A stretch of 24,261 nt of DNA from a virus (lineage: Duplodnaviria > Caudoviricetes). Every line of letters begins with the position of its first letter. Position 1 is the first letter of the stretch. Location of the stretch: the IMG/VR virus record IMGVR_UViG_3300005326_000127, positions 1-24,261 of that record; one strand, given 5' to 3'. The position numbers were made by a program, and so were the translations under genes. Below the pieces are notes generated by a model. The model saw nothing but the letters and a program-made list of their open reading frames with translations, had not been told where the DNA came from and searched no databases. Shown here in pieces: positions 15,583 to 24,052 of the stretch.

Positions 15583-16371
15583 TCACACCCCCGAAAAATC
15601 CAGTTGAACCTGCTGATACTCGCCCTTGTCATCCCGCTCGTACACCCGGTAGTAGGTGCAGGAACCGGTCACGGTGAGGGCATCGCCAATAGCCTCCATG
15701 GCCCGCAGCCAGGTGGGGTCATCGATCTTGAGCTGCCTCAATCCCAGGATTCGCTTGGCATTGATCCGGCCCTTCTTATCCACCTGGAAGGCGTTGTCGA
15801 TAAGCGCTCGGATCTCGCTGCGGCTGTCCTTGGTCCACTCCCGCAGGCAATCGTCGATCAGGCTTTTTGCCGCCTGAAGCCGTTCATCAAACTCCAGGCG
15901 ATCGGCCACGGCCCGCAGCACCTTGTACTTGCCGTCGAAGCTCACCAGGCTCAGGTTGCCCCTGGCTCCGCCCATGTCGGCCCCGTATCTCTCGGCGGAG
16001 AGTTCCAGAAATGCCTGAATATCCCCGGCCAGCGTGGTTTTGAACTCGGCGAGCATGGTGCTGATCTTCTCCGCCTTCTTGATTACACCCAGGACAAAAT
16101 CATCCCTGGTCAGGTCAATCTCCTTGATATTTTCGATGGGCACCAGATTGCCCGCCGCATTGCGTTTGTAGCCTTCCGGCACCGGTTTTTCGCTCACTGT
16201 CTTGCCTCCGTAGATTTCCAGCACCTTGTCGCGGATCGCATCGGTGCTGCCGTTGTAGTTGCCGCCCAGCACCAAGCTGATGGTGGCCGCGCTGTAGCCT
16301 AGCTTTCGGCCTACAGCCGCCTGGCCACCTTCGACTCGTACTGCTTTACGCAGTAAGCTGAGCCAGTCCAT
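15583..16371 (-). CDS. HTH-DUF3164 fusion protein
   Basis: N-terminal HTH (QAAVGRKLGYSAATISLVLGGNY); DUF3164 motifs GNL.L.SFDG.YKV, FDERLQAAKSLIDDCLREW and AFQVDKKG. Confidence 0.88.
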   Translation of the reverse strand: MDWLSLLRKAVRVEGGQAAVGRKLGYSAATISLVLGGNYNGSTDAIRDKVLEIYGGKTVSEKPVPEGYKRNAAGNLVPIENIKEIDLTRDDFVLGVIKKAEKISTMLAEFKTTLAGDIQAFLELSAERYGADMGGARGNLSLVSFDGKYKVLRAVADRLEFDERLQAAKSLIDDCLREWTKDSRSEIRALIDNAFQVDKKGRINAKRILGLRQLKIDDPTWLRAMEAIGDALTVTGSCTYYRVYERDDKGEYQQVQLDFSGV

Positions 16372-16765
16372 TGCCACCCTCCCGACGCCGCATCAGGTTT
16401 TCCGCCCGCTTCACCAGCAGATAATTGTTGATCCGGTTATGCGCCGCCTCCGCTGCCAGAGCGATCAGATGCAGCTCATCGTCGGTTCTTTCTCCATCCG
16501 CCCCGGCTGTTTTGTTGACCAGCGCCGAGGTCAACCCCTGGAGCACTTCAAGTACGTCCAGCCGGTAGCCTTGGCCGATTGGCCCGTCAGGAAGAGGCTC
16601 CGCCTTGCCTTCAGCCAGCAGCGCCCTGGCCTGGATCTGGATGTTACGCAGGCCCTGCCGGACCACCACTGGCACCATGCACTGTCCGCTTACCGCTGTT
16701 TGCACTGCTACCACATCGTCAAGGATGCTGTGAGCTGCATCTTGCACCGCCTGATTCTTATCCAT
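16346..16765 (-). CDS. Hypothetical protein, 139 aa
   Basis: GGAGG RBS then ATG 16765 (MDKNQAVQ); the longer ORF-track start overlaps the previous gene. Confidence 0.65.
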   Translation of the reverse strand: MDKNQAVQDAAHSILDDVVAVQTAVSGQCMVPVVVRQGLRNIQIQARALLAEGKAEPLPDGPIGQGYRLDVLEVLQGLTSALVNKTAGADGERTDDELHLIALAAEAAHNRINNYLLVKRAENLMRRREGGNGLAQLTA

Positions 16766-16767
16766 GG

Positions 16768-17331
16768 CTATTCCTCCATCTCCGTTATGGTCTGGTGTGC
16801 CTTGCTGAGCAGCTTCTGCGCTGCTGCAAGATCCGCCAAGGCCTGTTGTTTCTTCTTTTTCCGCAGAGCCCGGTACTTGGCCGCGCTGTTCATATCCACC
16901 GGCATTTCCACGGTATCGTTGATCAATTGCCAAGCGCAGGGCTTGCCCACGCCAGGGTTGATCTTCCGCACCACCTTTTGGACTTCCAAGGTGCGCAGCC
17001 AGTCGCTGGCATACTCCGCGCTGGACTCGGCCATCTCCACCAAATCGTCCACCATGACCCGGCGGCGCATCCGCAACACCCGCCACATCCTCTCGCGGAT
17101 CTCCGGCTGGACTTCGCGCTTGGCCGGGGCATACACCCCCTGGCTTACCCGCACTATCCGGCCTGCATTCTTCAGATCGGACAACGTGTTAAGCATGCGC
17201 TTGTGCTCCGCAGTGGTCTGGATCATCAGGGCGTCGGAGATATCGCTCACCGTGGCCTGGTGGTCAGGCGCTGAGGCGGCGCGATCGGTTACGGCAACAA
17301 GCACCCTCTTTGAAAAGGATTCGTGGGCCAT
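16768..17331 (-). CDS. Tandem winged-helix-like protein downstream of the ATPase
   Basis: LSDLKNAGRIVRVSQGVY and RERMWRVLRMRRRV..DDL patterns. Confidence 0.75.
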   Translation of the reverse strand: MAHESFSKRVLVAVTDRAASAPDHQATVSDISDALMIQTTAEHKRMLNTLSDLKNAGRIVRVSQGVYAPAKREVQPEIRERMWRVLRMRRRVMVDDLVEMAESSAEYASDWLRTLEVQKVVRKINPGVGKPCAWQLINDTVEMPVDMNSAAKYRALRKKKKQQALADLAAAQKLLSKAHQTITEMEE

Positions 17332-17334
17332 GGC

Positions 17335-18069
17335 CTACCCCCTAAGCCCGCACTTGCAGGCGATCCCGGCCAGCTCTGCGTCCACTTCTCCGGTGCGCTT
17401 GAGGCTGTTGGCGGCATGGACCAGGTTGATGGTGTCCCGGCGCACGATGCGGAGATCCCCGCCGGAGGCCTTGTGCATCACCTCCGCAGCCTTTGCCCCC
17501 AGAGCCATGGTCGTGGTCTGGGCCACATAGGTGACGATGTCCGAGGGGCTCACCGGCTCAAACTCCATGGCCCGGTAAGTGCGGGACCAGACCCGGCGAT
17601 TCTGTTTCATCAGGTGGGGCAGCTCCTCCTCGCCGATCAAGACGATGATCCCTCCGGTAATCTTGGCCAGGTCGCGGATGATCTCCAGATACCGCTGGCC
17701 GAAACGCTCGATCTCGTCGATAAAGACCGGCCGGTTGGGGTTTGACAGCATGACGTCGATAATGGCGTCGAAGCATGGGCCTCGGCGATGGCTGATCTGC
17801 CGCACCCCCAGCTCCAGACAGAGCTTTTTCAAGAAATCCAGTTCGCTCCACACCGAAACGGTCTCTATGTAGGCGCAGCCGTTTCTTGCTGCCCAAGTCT
17901 GGGTGGTGCGGGTCTTGCCGCGCCCCGCCCGGCCTGATACACAGGCAAGACGCTCGTCGCCTTCCCCTGATCCTCCTTTGCCGATCATCAGTCCCTTCAT
18001 CAACGTGTCGAACTCGCGCACGTTTTTTGTCTGGACAAACGTCGGGGTGAATTTTATATTCGTGGTCAT
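17335..18069 (-). CDS. Transposition AAA+ ATPase (MuB/TnsC-like)
   Basis: Walker A GRAGRGKT, Walker B VFIDE, IVLIGEE, RVWSR, GGDLR; follows the transposase; no N-terminal HTH. Confidence 0.92.
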   Translation of the reverse strand: MTTNIKFTPTFVQTKNVREFDTLMKGLMIGKGGSGEGDERLACVSGRAGRGKTRTTQTWAARNGCAYIETVSVWSELDFLKKLCLELGVRQISHRRGPCFDAIIDVMLSNPNRPVFIDEIERFGQRYLEIIRDLAKITGGIIVLIGEEELPHLMKQNRRVWSRTYRAMEFEPVSPSDIVTYVAQTTTMALGAKAAEVMHKASGGDLRIVRRDTINLVHAANSLKRTGEVDAELAGIACKCGLRG

Positions 18070-18101
18070 GTCACCTCCATTGGGTTGAGGATTGATATGT
18101 G

Positions 18102-18129
18102 GGCCGGTGCTGTCACACCGGCCTTTTTT
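18102..18129 (+). terminator. Intrinsic terminator oriented antisense to the early operon
   Basis: GGCCGGTG-CTGTCA-CACCGGCC-TTTTTT. Confidence 0.6.
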
Positions 18130-20260
18130 ATTGTGTAGCCTGATTCCGGTACATCAGGGTAAACGCCATCCGGCGCTGCTCCCAGAATTCTTCATGGTTC
18201 GTGTAGTCGCTGGTCTTCGGGAAGAAGGCCATGAACCCCAGCCACTCCTCGGCAAGCTCCACTCCCTGCGCCTCCAGCTCCAGCAGCTTCTCGTAGCGGT
18301 CGCTGTTATCCATGGCCAACAGGGCATCCCGGAAGTCTCTCTCGTCCGCCTCGCCTTGCAACCTGGCATTTTCCGCCACCTCGCGGGACAGCTTCTCGGC
18401 ATCGAGACTCACCACCGGGGCTGGCAACTGCTTGGGTTTGCCCTGGTCGTCGGTCAGCACGCCGATGGCGGCAAGCTGCCTCTGGTGCTCGGGCAGCACT
18501 TCCTGCTCCAGGAAGATGCGGGCTGTGGCCGAGGCTTCCTTTTCCTGACCCTTTTTGAACTCAATGTGCTGGCGGAGTTTGTCCCGATCCTCGTCAGTGC
18601 CTAGGACGGTGGCAGCCGGGTGGACTCCCATCACTGGCGTGGCCTCGCAGAGATAGGTGCCGTCCTGCTCAAAGACATAGATCGTCGAAGTATCTTGCAG
18701 GTCGTAGCGGATGACTACCGGATGGCGACGACCATAAAGCGCTGGGGCGTAGTAGTTTTGGCCCTGGAAGGTGACGCCGTTGCGGTTGATATGGCGAATC
18801 TCCAAGCTCATCATCAGGTAGGCCAGGGCGGTTTTGTCCACTCCAGGGCCTCGGCCCTCCATGAACAATTCCATGGGCGTTTGTCCGTTCAGGTGGCCGC
18901 GCTGGGTCCGATTGGCATATACATCAAACCAGGAAGCAATAGCGCGGTGCGCCTCTTCCATGGTGAGGACATGCCCGCCGGTTGCCTTTTCGTGCAGCTT
19001 GCGGTGCAACCGTTCGCCGCGCATCATGCGGGGCGGCTTGTCCTCGATGCTGGTGCCGGTATAGGTCGGGCACCAGCGCTCCAGCTCGGCAAAGGAGCCG
19101 AAGAACCGCTCCACGGTTTTGCTCTGGCCATGATAGGGCCAGGCAAAGATGGTCTTGATACCGAGGCGCTCATAGAGCCCGGCAAACCCGGCCTCCTCGA
19201 AATTCGTGCCCTGGAAGAACCGGCTCTTGAAGGCCCGGCCATTGTCGAGATAGACAACCTTGGGAATCTTGCCCAGGCGCAGGATGGCGCGGCGCAGGGC
19301 GCTGGAGATTGAGGATGTGTCCTCGGTGGGCATGATCTCCCAGCCCAGGGGGATGCCGGACTTCATGTCCAGGAAGCAGATCAGCGTCATGCGTTTCGGC
19401 TTGCCGGTCCAGGGGTTTATCACCTCGAAGTTCAAGGTATGACCGTCGGCCACCACCACGTCGCCCACGTTGATCAGGCGGTAATCGCGTTCGATGTAAA
19501 AGGCGCACTTGTCATTCCAGGCCTTGGCACCCTCGCGGTTAAACACCCAGATATGATAGTTGCGGGAGGCCCAGTCTTGGAGCCAGCGGCGATAGGTGGC
19601 ATCCGAGTGGCCGTTGCTGATGCCCTTGGTGCGCATGATGCTGTGCGCCATGCGGATGGCCTCGGCGGTGCGAGGCTTGTTTGGATGCAAGGCGCAGCGC
19701 AGCAGGATGTCGGTTTGCGTTTCGGTGAGGCCGCTCTTGCCTTTGCGGCAGGAGCCGCGACGGTCGGCGAGCTTGAAGGTGTTGCCGTTGCTCTTCTTGA
19801 CCCGGATCTTCCAGCCTTCGATGGTTTTCCAGTTGATCTCTCCCAGGGCAGCGAAGATCTGCGGGTAGGCGATGCCGGAGTTGTAGGCGGAGAGGAAGTC
19901 GGCGCGAGCCTGGTCCTTTTTGCCCCAAGGGGCATTGGCCAGGGCCTGCATATACAGGCGGAGCAGATCGGCCTTGTGCAGGGCCTTTTGTGTTTGGATC
20001 TCGCTCACCACTTCGTCCTGCGGCAGTGCTTTGGGTGCCACCGGCACCAGAGCGGCTATCTGCTCCTGGTCGAGGATGGCTTTGCGGATCGGCGGCGGCA
20101 GCAGCTCTGATAGGTACTTCTTTTGCTGACCGCCGCGCACCTTCTGCCAAAAGAAGGGCCAGTCTTCACGGTCGGCCCGTTGCTGTATGCCACGTTCCGT
20201 CCCCGGTAGCATGGCCAGACCAAGGCTAGAAATTTCTTTTACAGAATACGCCGCTTGCAT
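18128..20260 (-). CDS. DDE transposase (MuA-like), 710 aa
   Basis: N-terminal Mu-type DNA-binding motif (LPGTERGI..RA.REDW..RGG); catalytic VADGH / YLDNGRAF / SKTVERFF; C-terminal V.IRYD...I.V domain. Confidence 0.95.
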   Translation of the reverse strand: MQAAYSVKEISSLGLAMLPGTERGIQQRADREDWPFFWQKVRGGQQKKYLSELLPPPIRKAILDQEQIAALVPVAPKALPQDEVVSEIQTQKALHKADLLRLYMQALANAPWGKKDQARADFLSAYNSGIAYPQIFAALGEINWKTIEGWKIRVKKSNGNTFKLADRRGSCRKGKSGLTETQTDILLRCALHPNKPRTAEAIRMAHSIMRTKGISNGHSDATYRRWLQDWASRNYHIWVFNREGAKAWNDKCAFYIERDYRLINVGDVVVADGHTLNFEVINPWTGKPKRMTLICFLDMKSGIPLGWEIMPTEDTSSISSALRRAILRLGKIPKVVYLDNGRAFKSRFFQGTNFEEAGFAGLYERLGIKTIFAWPYHGQSKTVERFFGSFAELERWCPTYTGTSIEDKPPRMMRGERLHRKLHEKATGGHVLTMEEAHRAIASWFDVYANRTQRGHLNGQTPMELFMEGRGPGVDKTALAYLMMSLEIRHINRNGVTFQGQNYYAPALYGRRHPVVIRYDLQDTSTIYVFEQDGTYLCEATPVMGVHPAATVLGTDEDRDKLRQHIEFKKGQEKEASATARIFLEQEVLPEHQRQLAAIGVLTDDQGKPKQLPAPVVSLDAEKLSREVAENARLQGEADERDFRDALLAMDNSDRYEKLLELEAQGVELAEEWLGFMAFFPKTSDYTNHEEFWEQRRMAFTLMYRNQATQ

Positions 20261-20263
20261 GGG

Positions 20264-21106
20264 CTATTCTTCCGCGCCGATCTGCTCTGGGCCGCATAGG
20301 CCTTGTGGCCGGATGCATTTGCCGGAGTAGCCGGGGATTTTGACACCCTTGGCAGGGTTGATCATTCCTTTTTTGTATTGGCAATCGTAGCAGCCTCTCG
20401 CCAGCGCCCCATCATCGTCTGCACTCACGCTCATGTCTTCGGCTTCCTGGTTGGCATCGCCATCGGCGAGGATCGCCCGCAGCGAGTCCACATACTTGAG
20501 GATCATGGCCTTGGGGGTTGTTTTGTAGCCTGCTTCCTTTTCTTTGACGACCTGGTCGAGAAAGGCGTCGAACGTCGCCTTGAAGTCGGCGCTCACATGC
20601 TCATGCTGCAAACGGGCCTGGGTGTTGCGGATGCCGGTGGTGGTCACTTCGCCGAGATACTTTTTGACCACCCTGTTGACGTAACCGGCTGTGATCTTAC
20701 CTCTGGGTGCCTGCTCCACCGCCGCCTGCCAGACAGAAACCTGCTGCTCCGGGCGGAGCCTGGTAAGCGGCCTGACCTGGGCCTCGTTTATGGGGAGCAG
20801 GTCGATAACATCCGAATCTCCGTTTTTTTGTCTCCACGTGGAGACATTTTCCACCACCTGGGCGGCGGCTATATATCTGTACGCGGTGCCGCGTGCGATG
20901 TCGAAAACAGCCTTGACGTACAGCTCGAAGGTCTTGCTTTGCGCCCTGTACAGTTGCCGGTCCCGGATCTCTGCCAACGCCTGGCCAACCTGCACAAACG
21001 ACCTGAAATTGATAACAACGACCTCTTCAAGCTGGTCGAGCCGTTTCTGCTCCAACACCGACAGCGGCTTCACATTCTCTTCCTTGACCACGATCTCTTT
21101 TCTCAT
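20264..21106 (-). CDS. Putative DNA-binding protein (DUF3102-like N-terminus)
   Basis: F.QVGQALAEIRD..LYR...TFE.Y...F...R..AYRYI.AA and NEAQVRPL motifs. Confidence 0.75.
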   Translation of the reverse strand: MRKEIVVKEENVKPLSVLEQKRLDQLEEVVVINFRSFVQVGQALAEIRDRQLYRAQSKTFELYVKAVFDIARGTAYRYIAAAQVVENVSTWRQKNGDSDVIDLLPINEAQVRPLTRLRPEQQVSVWQAAVEQAPRGKITAGYVNRVVKKYLGEVTTTGIRNTQARLQHEHVSADFKATFDAFLDQVVKEKEAGYKTTPKAMILKYVDSLRAILADGDANQEAEDMSVSADDDGALARGCYDCQYKKGMINPAKGVKIPGYSGKCIRPQGLCGPEQIGAEE

Positions 21107-21630
21107 TCCCCTCTCCCTCTTCCTATTTTCTCCATCCCTGTGCTACTCTGGAAAGCGCCAACCAACCATTTCACACAAGGAGGAGAAGCCCATGAGTTTT
21201 CATAAATACGCCGGAGCTTGCACCGAACTCTCCAGGGAATTATCGAAATCCCTAACACCAGCAGATGTAGACGAATTGCGAGCCGAACTCGCCAGCCTCG
21301 GTCGCCGAGAATTCGTTTCTTGGTATTTCCGTCACACGGAAGAGGTGAAAAAATACGTTCAAGCAACCCCTTCCCAGCGCATCCGCCGCAAGGCTTGGCA
21401 AGATAGCAAACTTCGCCTGCTCTTAACGGTGAGCGCCCTCGTTTATCTTCGTGCTGCTCAATCGGTATTGAGCAGCGCTGCCACTTGTGAAGATCTGATT
21501 TCACATGGCGCGGGATACAGAGATCTTGCATCTCAAGCAGGTGATCAATTTCGCACTCTAATGAGCGATGGTTTTCACTGGTGGCCGCTTCCGGGAGAGA
21601 ACCCGTTTGGCGATTAACGGTCTGGATCAT
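21103..21630 (-). CDS. Possible coupling ORF, 175 aa, antisense to the nested gene
   Basis: ATGA overlaps with both neighbours, GGAGG RBS; atypical Cys/Arg-rich composition. Confidence 0.4.
   Translation of the reverse strand: MIQTVNRQTGSLPEAATSENHRSLECEIDHLLEMQDLCIPRHVKSDLHKWQRCSIPIEQHEDKRGRSPLRAGEVCYLAKPCGGCAGKGLLERIFSPLPCDGNTKKRILGDRGWRVRLAIRLHLLVLGISIIPWRVRCKLRRIYENSWASPPCVKWLVGAFQSSTGMEKIGRGRGE
21141..21149 (+). promoter_or_regulatory. Extended -10 promoter candidate for the nested + strand gene
   Basis: TG-C-TACTCT about 40 bp upstream of ATG 21192. Confidence 0.45.
21192..21617 (+). CDS. Moron-like hypothetical protein, 141 aa, opposite strand within the early operon
   Basis: AAGGAGGAG RBS (21177-21185); MSFHKYAGACTELSRELSKSL..., normal helical-protein composition; lower GC. 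Confidence 0.75.
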   Translation: MSFHKYAGACTELSRELSKSLTPADVDELRAELASLGRREFVSWYFRHTEEVKKYVQATPSQRIRRKAWQDSKLRLLLTVSALVYLRAAQSVLSSAATCEDLISHGAGYRDLASQAGDQFRTLMSDGFHWWPLPGENPFGD

Positions 21631-21839
21631 GCAGCCCTCCTCATATCAGCAGGTAAATCGAGGAATTTTTCCGGGCATCCAGCATCGAGCAGGTGCTGCA
21701 ACACCCTGCGATTCTGCCGCCGTCCGGCAATGGTGTCGCTAACCACGCCATGATTCACGAAACCGAGGGCGCGTTGAACCTTGGCCACGGTCAATTTCTG
21801 GCGTTTCATCCAGATCTCTATCTCAAGCGTGTTTCTCAT
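21627..21839 (-). CDS. Cro/Ner-like HTH regulator
   Basis: IWMKRQKLTVAKVQRALG...VVSDTIAGRRQNRRV..L..GCP...L; near the head of the early operon. Confidence 0.75.
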   Translation of the reverse strand: MRNTLEIEIWMKRQKLTVAKVQRALGFVNHGVVSDTIAGRRQNRRVLQHLLDAGCPEKFLDLPADMRRAA

Positions 21840-22297
21840 TAGATTTCGGCCTCCAGATCCCGCATCTGTTTGCGTAAACCTTTGGCTTGGTGGTAGGCGC
21901 GTGCCCAGGCGAGCAGCTTGACATCCTCTGCTCCGATCGCCATCCCGCCGATCGGCCGGAGAAGAATGGCTATGGGTTCTATGTTGCCGGTGGCGGCGCA
22001 GAAGATAGACAGGGCGGCCAGAGCCGGATAGTGGGTTGACTCATTCACATTGAGCCATTTCTCGAAGATATCTTTGGAGAGTTCCTTGGCCTTTTTATTG
22101 AGCTGCACGCCGTATCTTGCGGCCAGGATATTCATGCGGTCCAGCACCTGATCTCTGGAGTATGAAGACTCCTTGATCGTCTGGTTCATTGCCGCCTTCA
22201 CATCGCGGACAACAGTAGCAAGGGTTGGTTGCGAGAAAAGATCGAGCTGAATTGGTTTCAAGTCTTTTTCTCCGTCCACGATTTTTCCGTTTCCCAT
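21839..22297 (-). CDS. First early gene, putative regulatory (CII-like) protein
   Basis: 152 aa; SRDQV.DRMN, KWLN...HYP..L..FC.ATG pattern; TAATG overlap downstream. Confidence 0.7.
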   Translation of the reverse strand: MGNGKIVDGEKDLKPIQLDLFSQPTLATVVRDVKAAMNQTIKESSYSRDQVLDRMNILAARYGVQLNKKAKELSKDIFEKWLNVNESTHYPALAALSIFCAATGNIEPIAILLRPIGGMAIGAEDVKLLAWARAYHQAKGLRKQMRDLEAEI

Positions 22298-22321
22298 CCG
22301 AACGTTTTAAGAAGCCGGACG

Positions 22322-22350
22322 TTGACCCATTTCTATAGTGCAGGTATGAT
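22322..22350 (+). promoter_or_regulatory. Repressor (lysogenic) promoter candidate
   Basis: TTGACC-17 bp-TATGAT. Confidence 0.7.
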
Positions 22351-22383
22351 ATAAAAATAGGGTCATATGTCCCTATGCCTCAT

Positions 22384-22412
22384 AAATTAGCAGTAAACTT
22401 CGAGCAGGTCAA
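22384..22412 (-). promoter_or_regulatory. Early (lytic) promoter candidate
   Basis: Minus strand TTGACC-17 bp-TAATTT with extended TG. Confidence 0.65.
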
Positions 22413-22571
22413 CACTAAAAAACGAACAAAAGCAGGGAATGCGCATTTTGCTTCGAGCTTTCTGTTTTCATTAAATAGCGTGGCCTTTAGTAAATATTGC
22501 GAAATATCAAAGCAATAGGCATGATCACGCATGTTCCAGCATTTCGGACTTTATTTTCGGACTTTAATATT

Positions 22572-23243
22572 GTGAACCCCGAAACGTTTATCGAGCGTTT
22601 TTGTAAAATCACAGCAGGACATTCGTTGAATTCGTTCGCAAAAAAATGCGGACTTAGCGAAAGTCTTCTGCGACAATACAAAACGGGGACGCTGCCAAGA
22701 CTAGACAAGCTGATTCAGGTTGCCGATGCGGCTAATGTCAATGTGAACTGGCTGGCAACAGGGGAAGGGCCTATGCACAGGAGTGAGCGGATCGGCGCAG
22801 ATGCCGACAGCTCGGCGACCGGAGGCGATTTTGTCCATATTCCACGCTACGACGTAGAGGCCAGCGCCGGGGGCGGGGTCGCAGTTGAGAGCGAGCAAGT
22901 TGTTGACTACCTTTCGTTTCGTGCGGAATGGGTGAGGAACTCTCTAGGTGTCTCTGTGCGCGATCTTGCCCTTATCAGCGTGATTGGTGACTCCATGGAG
23001 CCCAGCCTTTCCGAGGGGGATGTGGTCCTCTTGGATATGACCACCAGGAGCGTTCTGGATGGGTCGATCTATGCCCTGCAACTGAATGGCGGGTTGCTCG
23101 TCAAACGTATACAGCGGAAGCTCGACGGCAGTCTAATAGTGAAATCCGATAACCCGCGCTATGACACGGAGATCGTCTCTGAAGATAAAGCGGATTTGCT
23201 CAAGATTGTTGGGCGGGTGGTGTGGGTAGGCAGGCGGCTGTAG
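22572..23243 (+). CDS. CI/LexA-like repressor (HTH plus peptidase S24); start uncertain (22497-22572)
   Basis: HTH SLNSFAKKCGLSESLLRQY, NWLATGEGPM; ASAG cleavage site, GDSMEP serine, VKRI lysine, IVGRVVW. Confidence 0.92.
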   Translation: MNPETFIERFCKITAGHSLNSFAKKCGLSESLLRQYKTGTLPRLDKLIQVADAANVNVNWLATGEGPMHRSERIGADADSSATGGDFVHIPRYDVEASAGGGVAVESEQVVDYLSFRAEWVRNSLGVSVRDLALISVIGDSMEPSLSEGDVVLLDMTTRSVLDGSIYALQLNGGLLVKRIQRKLDGSLIVKSDNPRYDTEIVSEDKADLLKIVGRVVWVGRRL

Positions 23244-23283
23244 TGTCGTCACAAAGTAACAGATAAAGGATGGGGGGGTGCTA

Positions 23284-23883
23284 ATGACTACATCAACGGG
23301 GCCAGAAGAAAAAGCAAACACCGTTAAGGCTGTCATTTTTGTAGCGATTTTTTTTGGTCTTGCTCTGGTCGTTTTTTTCTTTGGAAGTAATAAAGGCCAA
23401 GTCAATAAACAGCCTGACCAGCCTACGCAACATATTAACAGTATCGCTGAATTTAATAAGGCAGATAAAGCTATTGAGACAAACGGTAATGTTCCTGTTG
23501 CTATGACCAAAATAATTGGTGTCAACGGCACAAACCATGACGCCCCTGCAAAAATTACCTCCACGGAATTAACAAAAAGCCCTTACTCGTCTCTCGGGAA
23601 ATTGATAAAAATAAAAGGGCAAGTTTTCAAAGTAGAAGAGCTGCAAAGGAATCCCGACATCCCTGGTCGTTGGGCAGAAATCCTTCTCCTAGCGCCAAAC
23701 AAGAACTCTGCCACTCAAGTTTCTACTATCAGTTATATTTATGATGGAGATATATCGACCATCAATTCTGGGGATGTAATTACCTGTAGCGGATTTTTTG
23801 CCGGAACTTATCAATCGCAAAATGCTATGGGAGGCGCAGTAGAAGGACTATTGGTAGTTGGCAACAAAATTTTTCACGAATAA
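23284..23883 (+). CDS. AT-rich membrane-anchored protein with OB-fold-like C-terminus (moron)
   Basis: TM VIFVAIFFGLALVVFFF; GKLIKIKGQV, GDVITCSG...G.Y.S.NAMGG pattern; directly follows the repressor. Confidence 0.75.
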   Translation: MTTSTGPEEKANTVKAVIFVAIFFGLALVVFFFGSNKGQVNKQPDQPTQHINSIAEFNKADKAIETNGNVPVAMTKIIGVNGTNHDAPAKITSTELTKSPYSSLGKLIKIKGQVFKVEELQRNPDIPGRWAEILLLAPNKNSATQVSTISYIYDGDISTINSGDVITCSGFFAGTYQSQNAMGGAVEGLLVVGNKIFHE

Positions 23884-23884
23884 T

Positions 23885-24052
23885 TTTTCTTAGATCATTT
23901 GCAAAAAGCACATAAAATTATGGACTGACCGGCCAATTTTCTTAACATGGAAATCGCGCCGAAAAATATTTTCTCATCATCCGAAGGTCCGCATAAAGTC
24001 TAGCAAAAGTCTCATTCAAGTCTCATCGAATCCAGCAATATCAATTTTCTTA
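23885..24052. repeat. Sub-terminal repeats, likely transposase-binding sites
   Basis: TTTTCTTA at 23885, 23937 and 24045; TTTTCTCA at 23969; AGTCTCAT at 24008 and 24019. Confidence 0.5.

Noticed and set aside
16439-17530. 363-aa + strand ORF
   Set aside because: Spans three real minus-strand genes; shadow frame.
20303-21205. 300-aa + ORF, and the 5' extension (20691-21191) of the nested gene
   Set aside because: Shadows of 20264-21106; the RBS and promoter point to ATG 21192 as the true start.
22487-22708. Minus-strand ORFs over the repressor and moron (also 22701-22898, 23133-23564, 23293-23538)
   Set aside because: Shadows of well-supported + strand genes.
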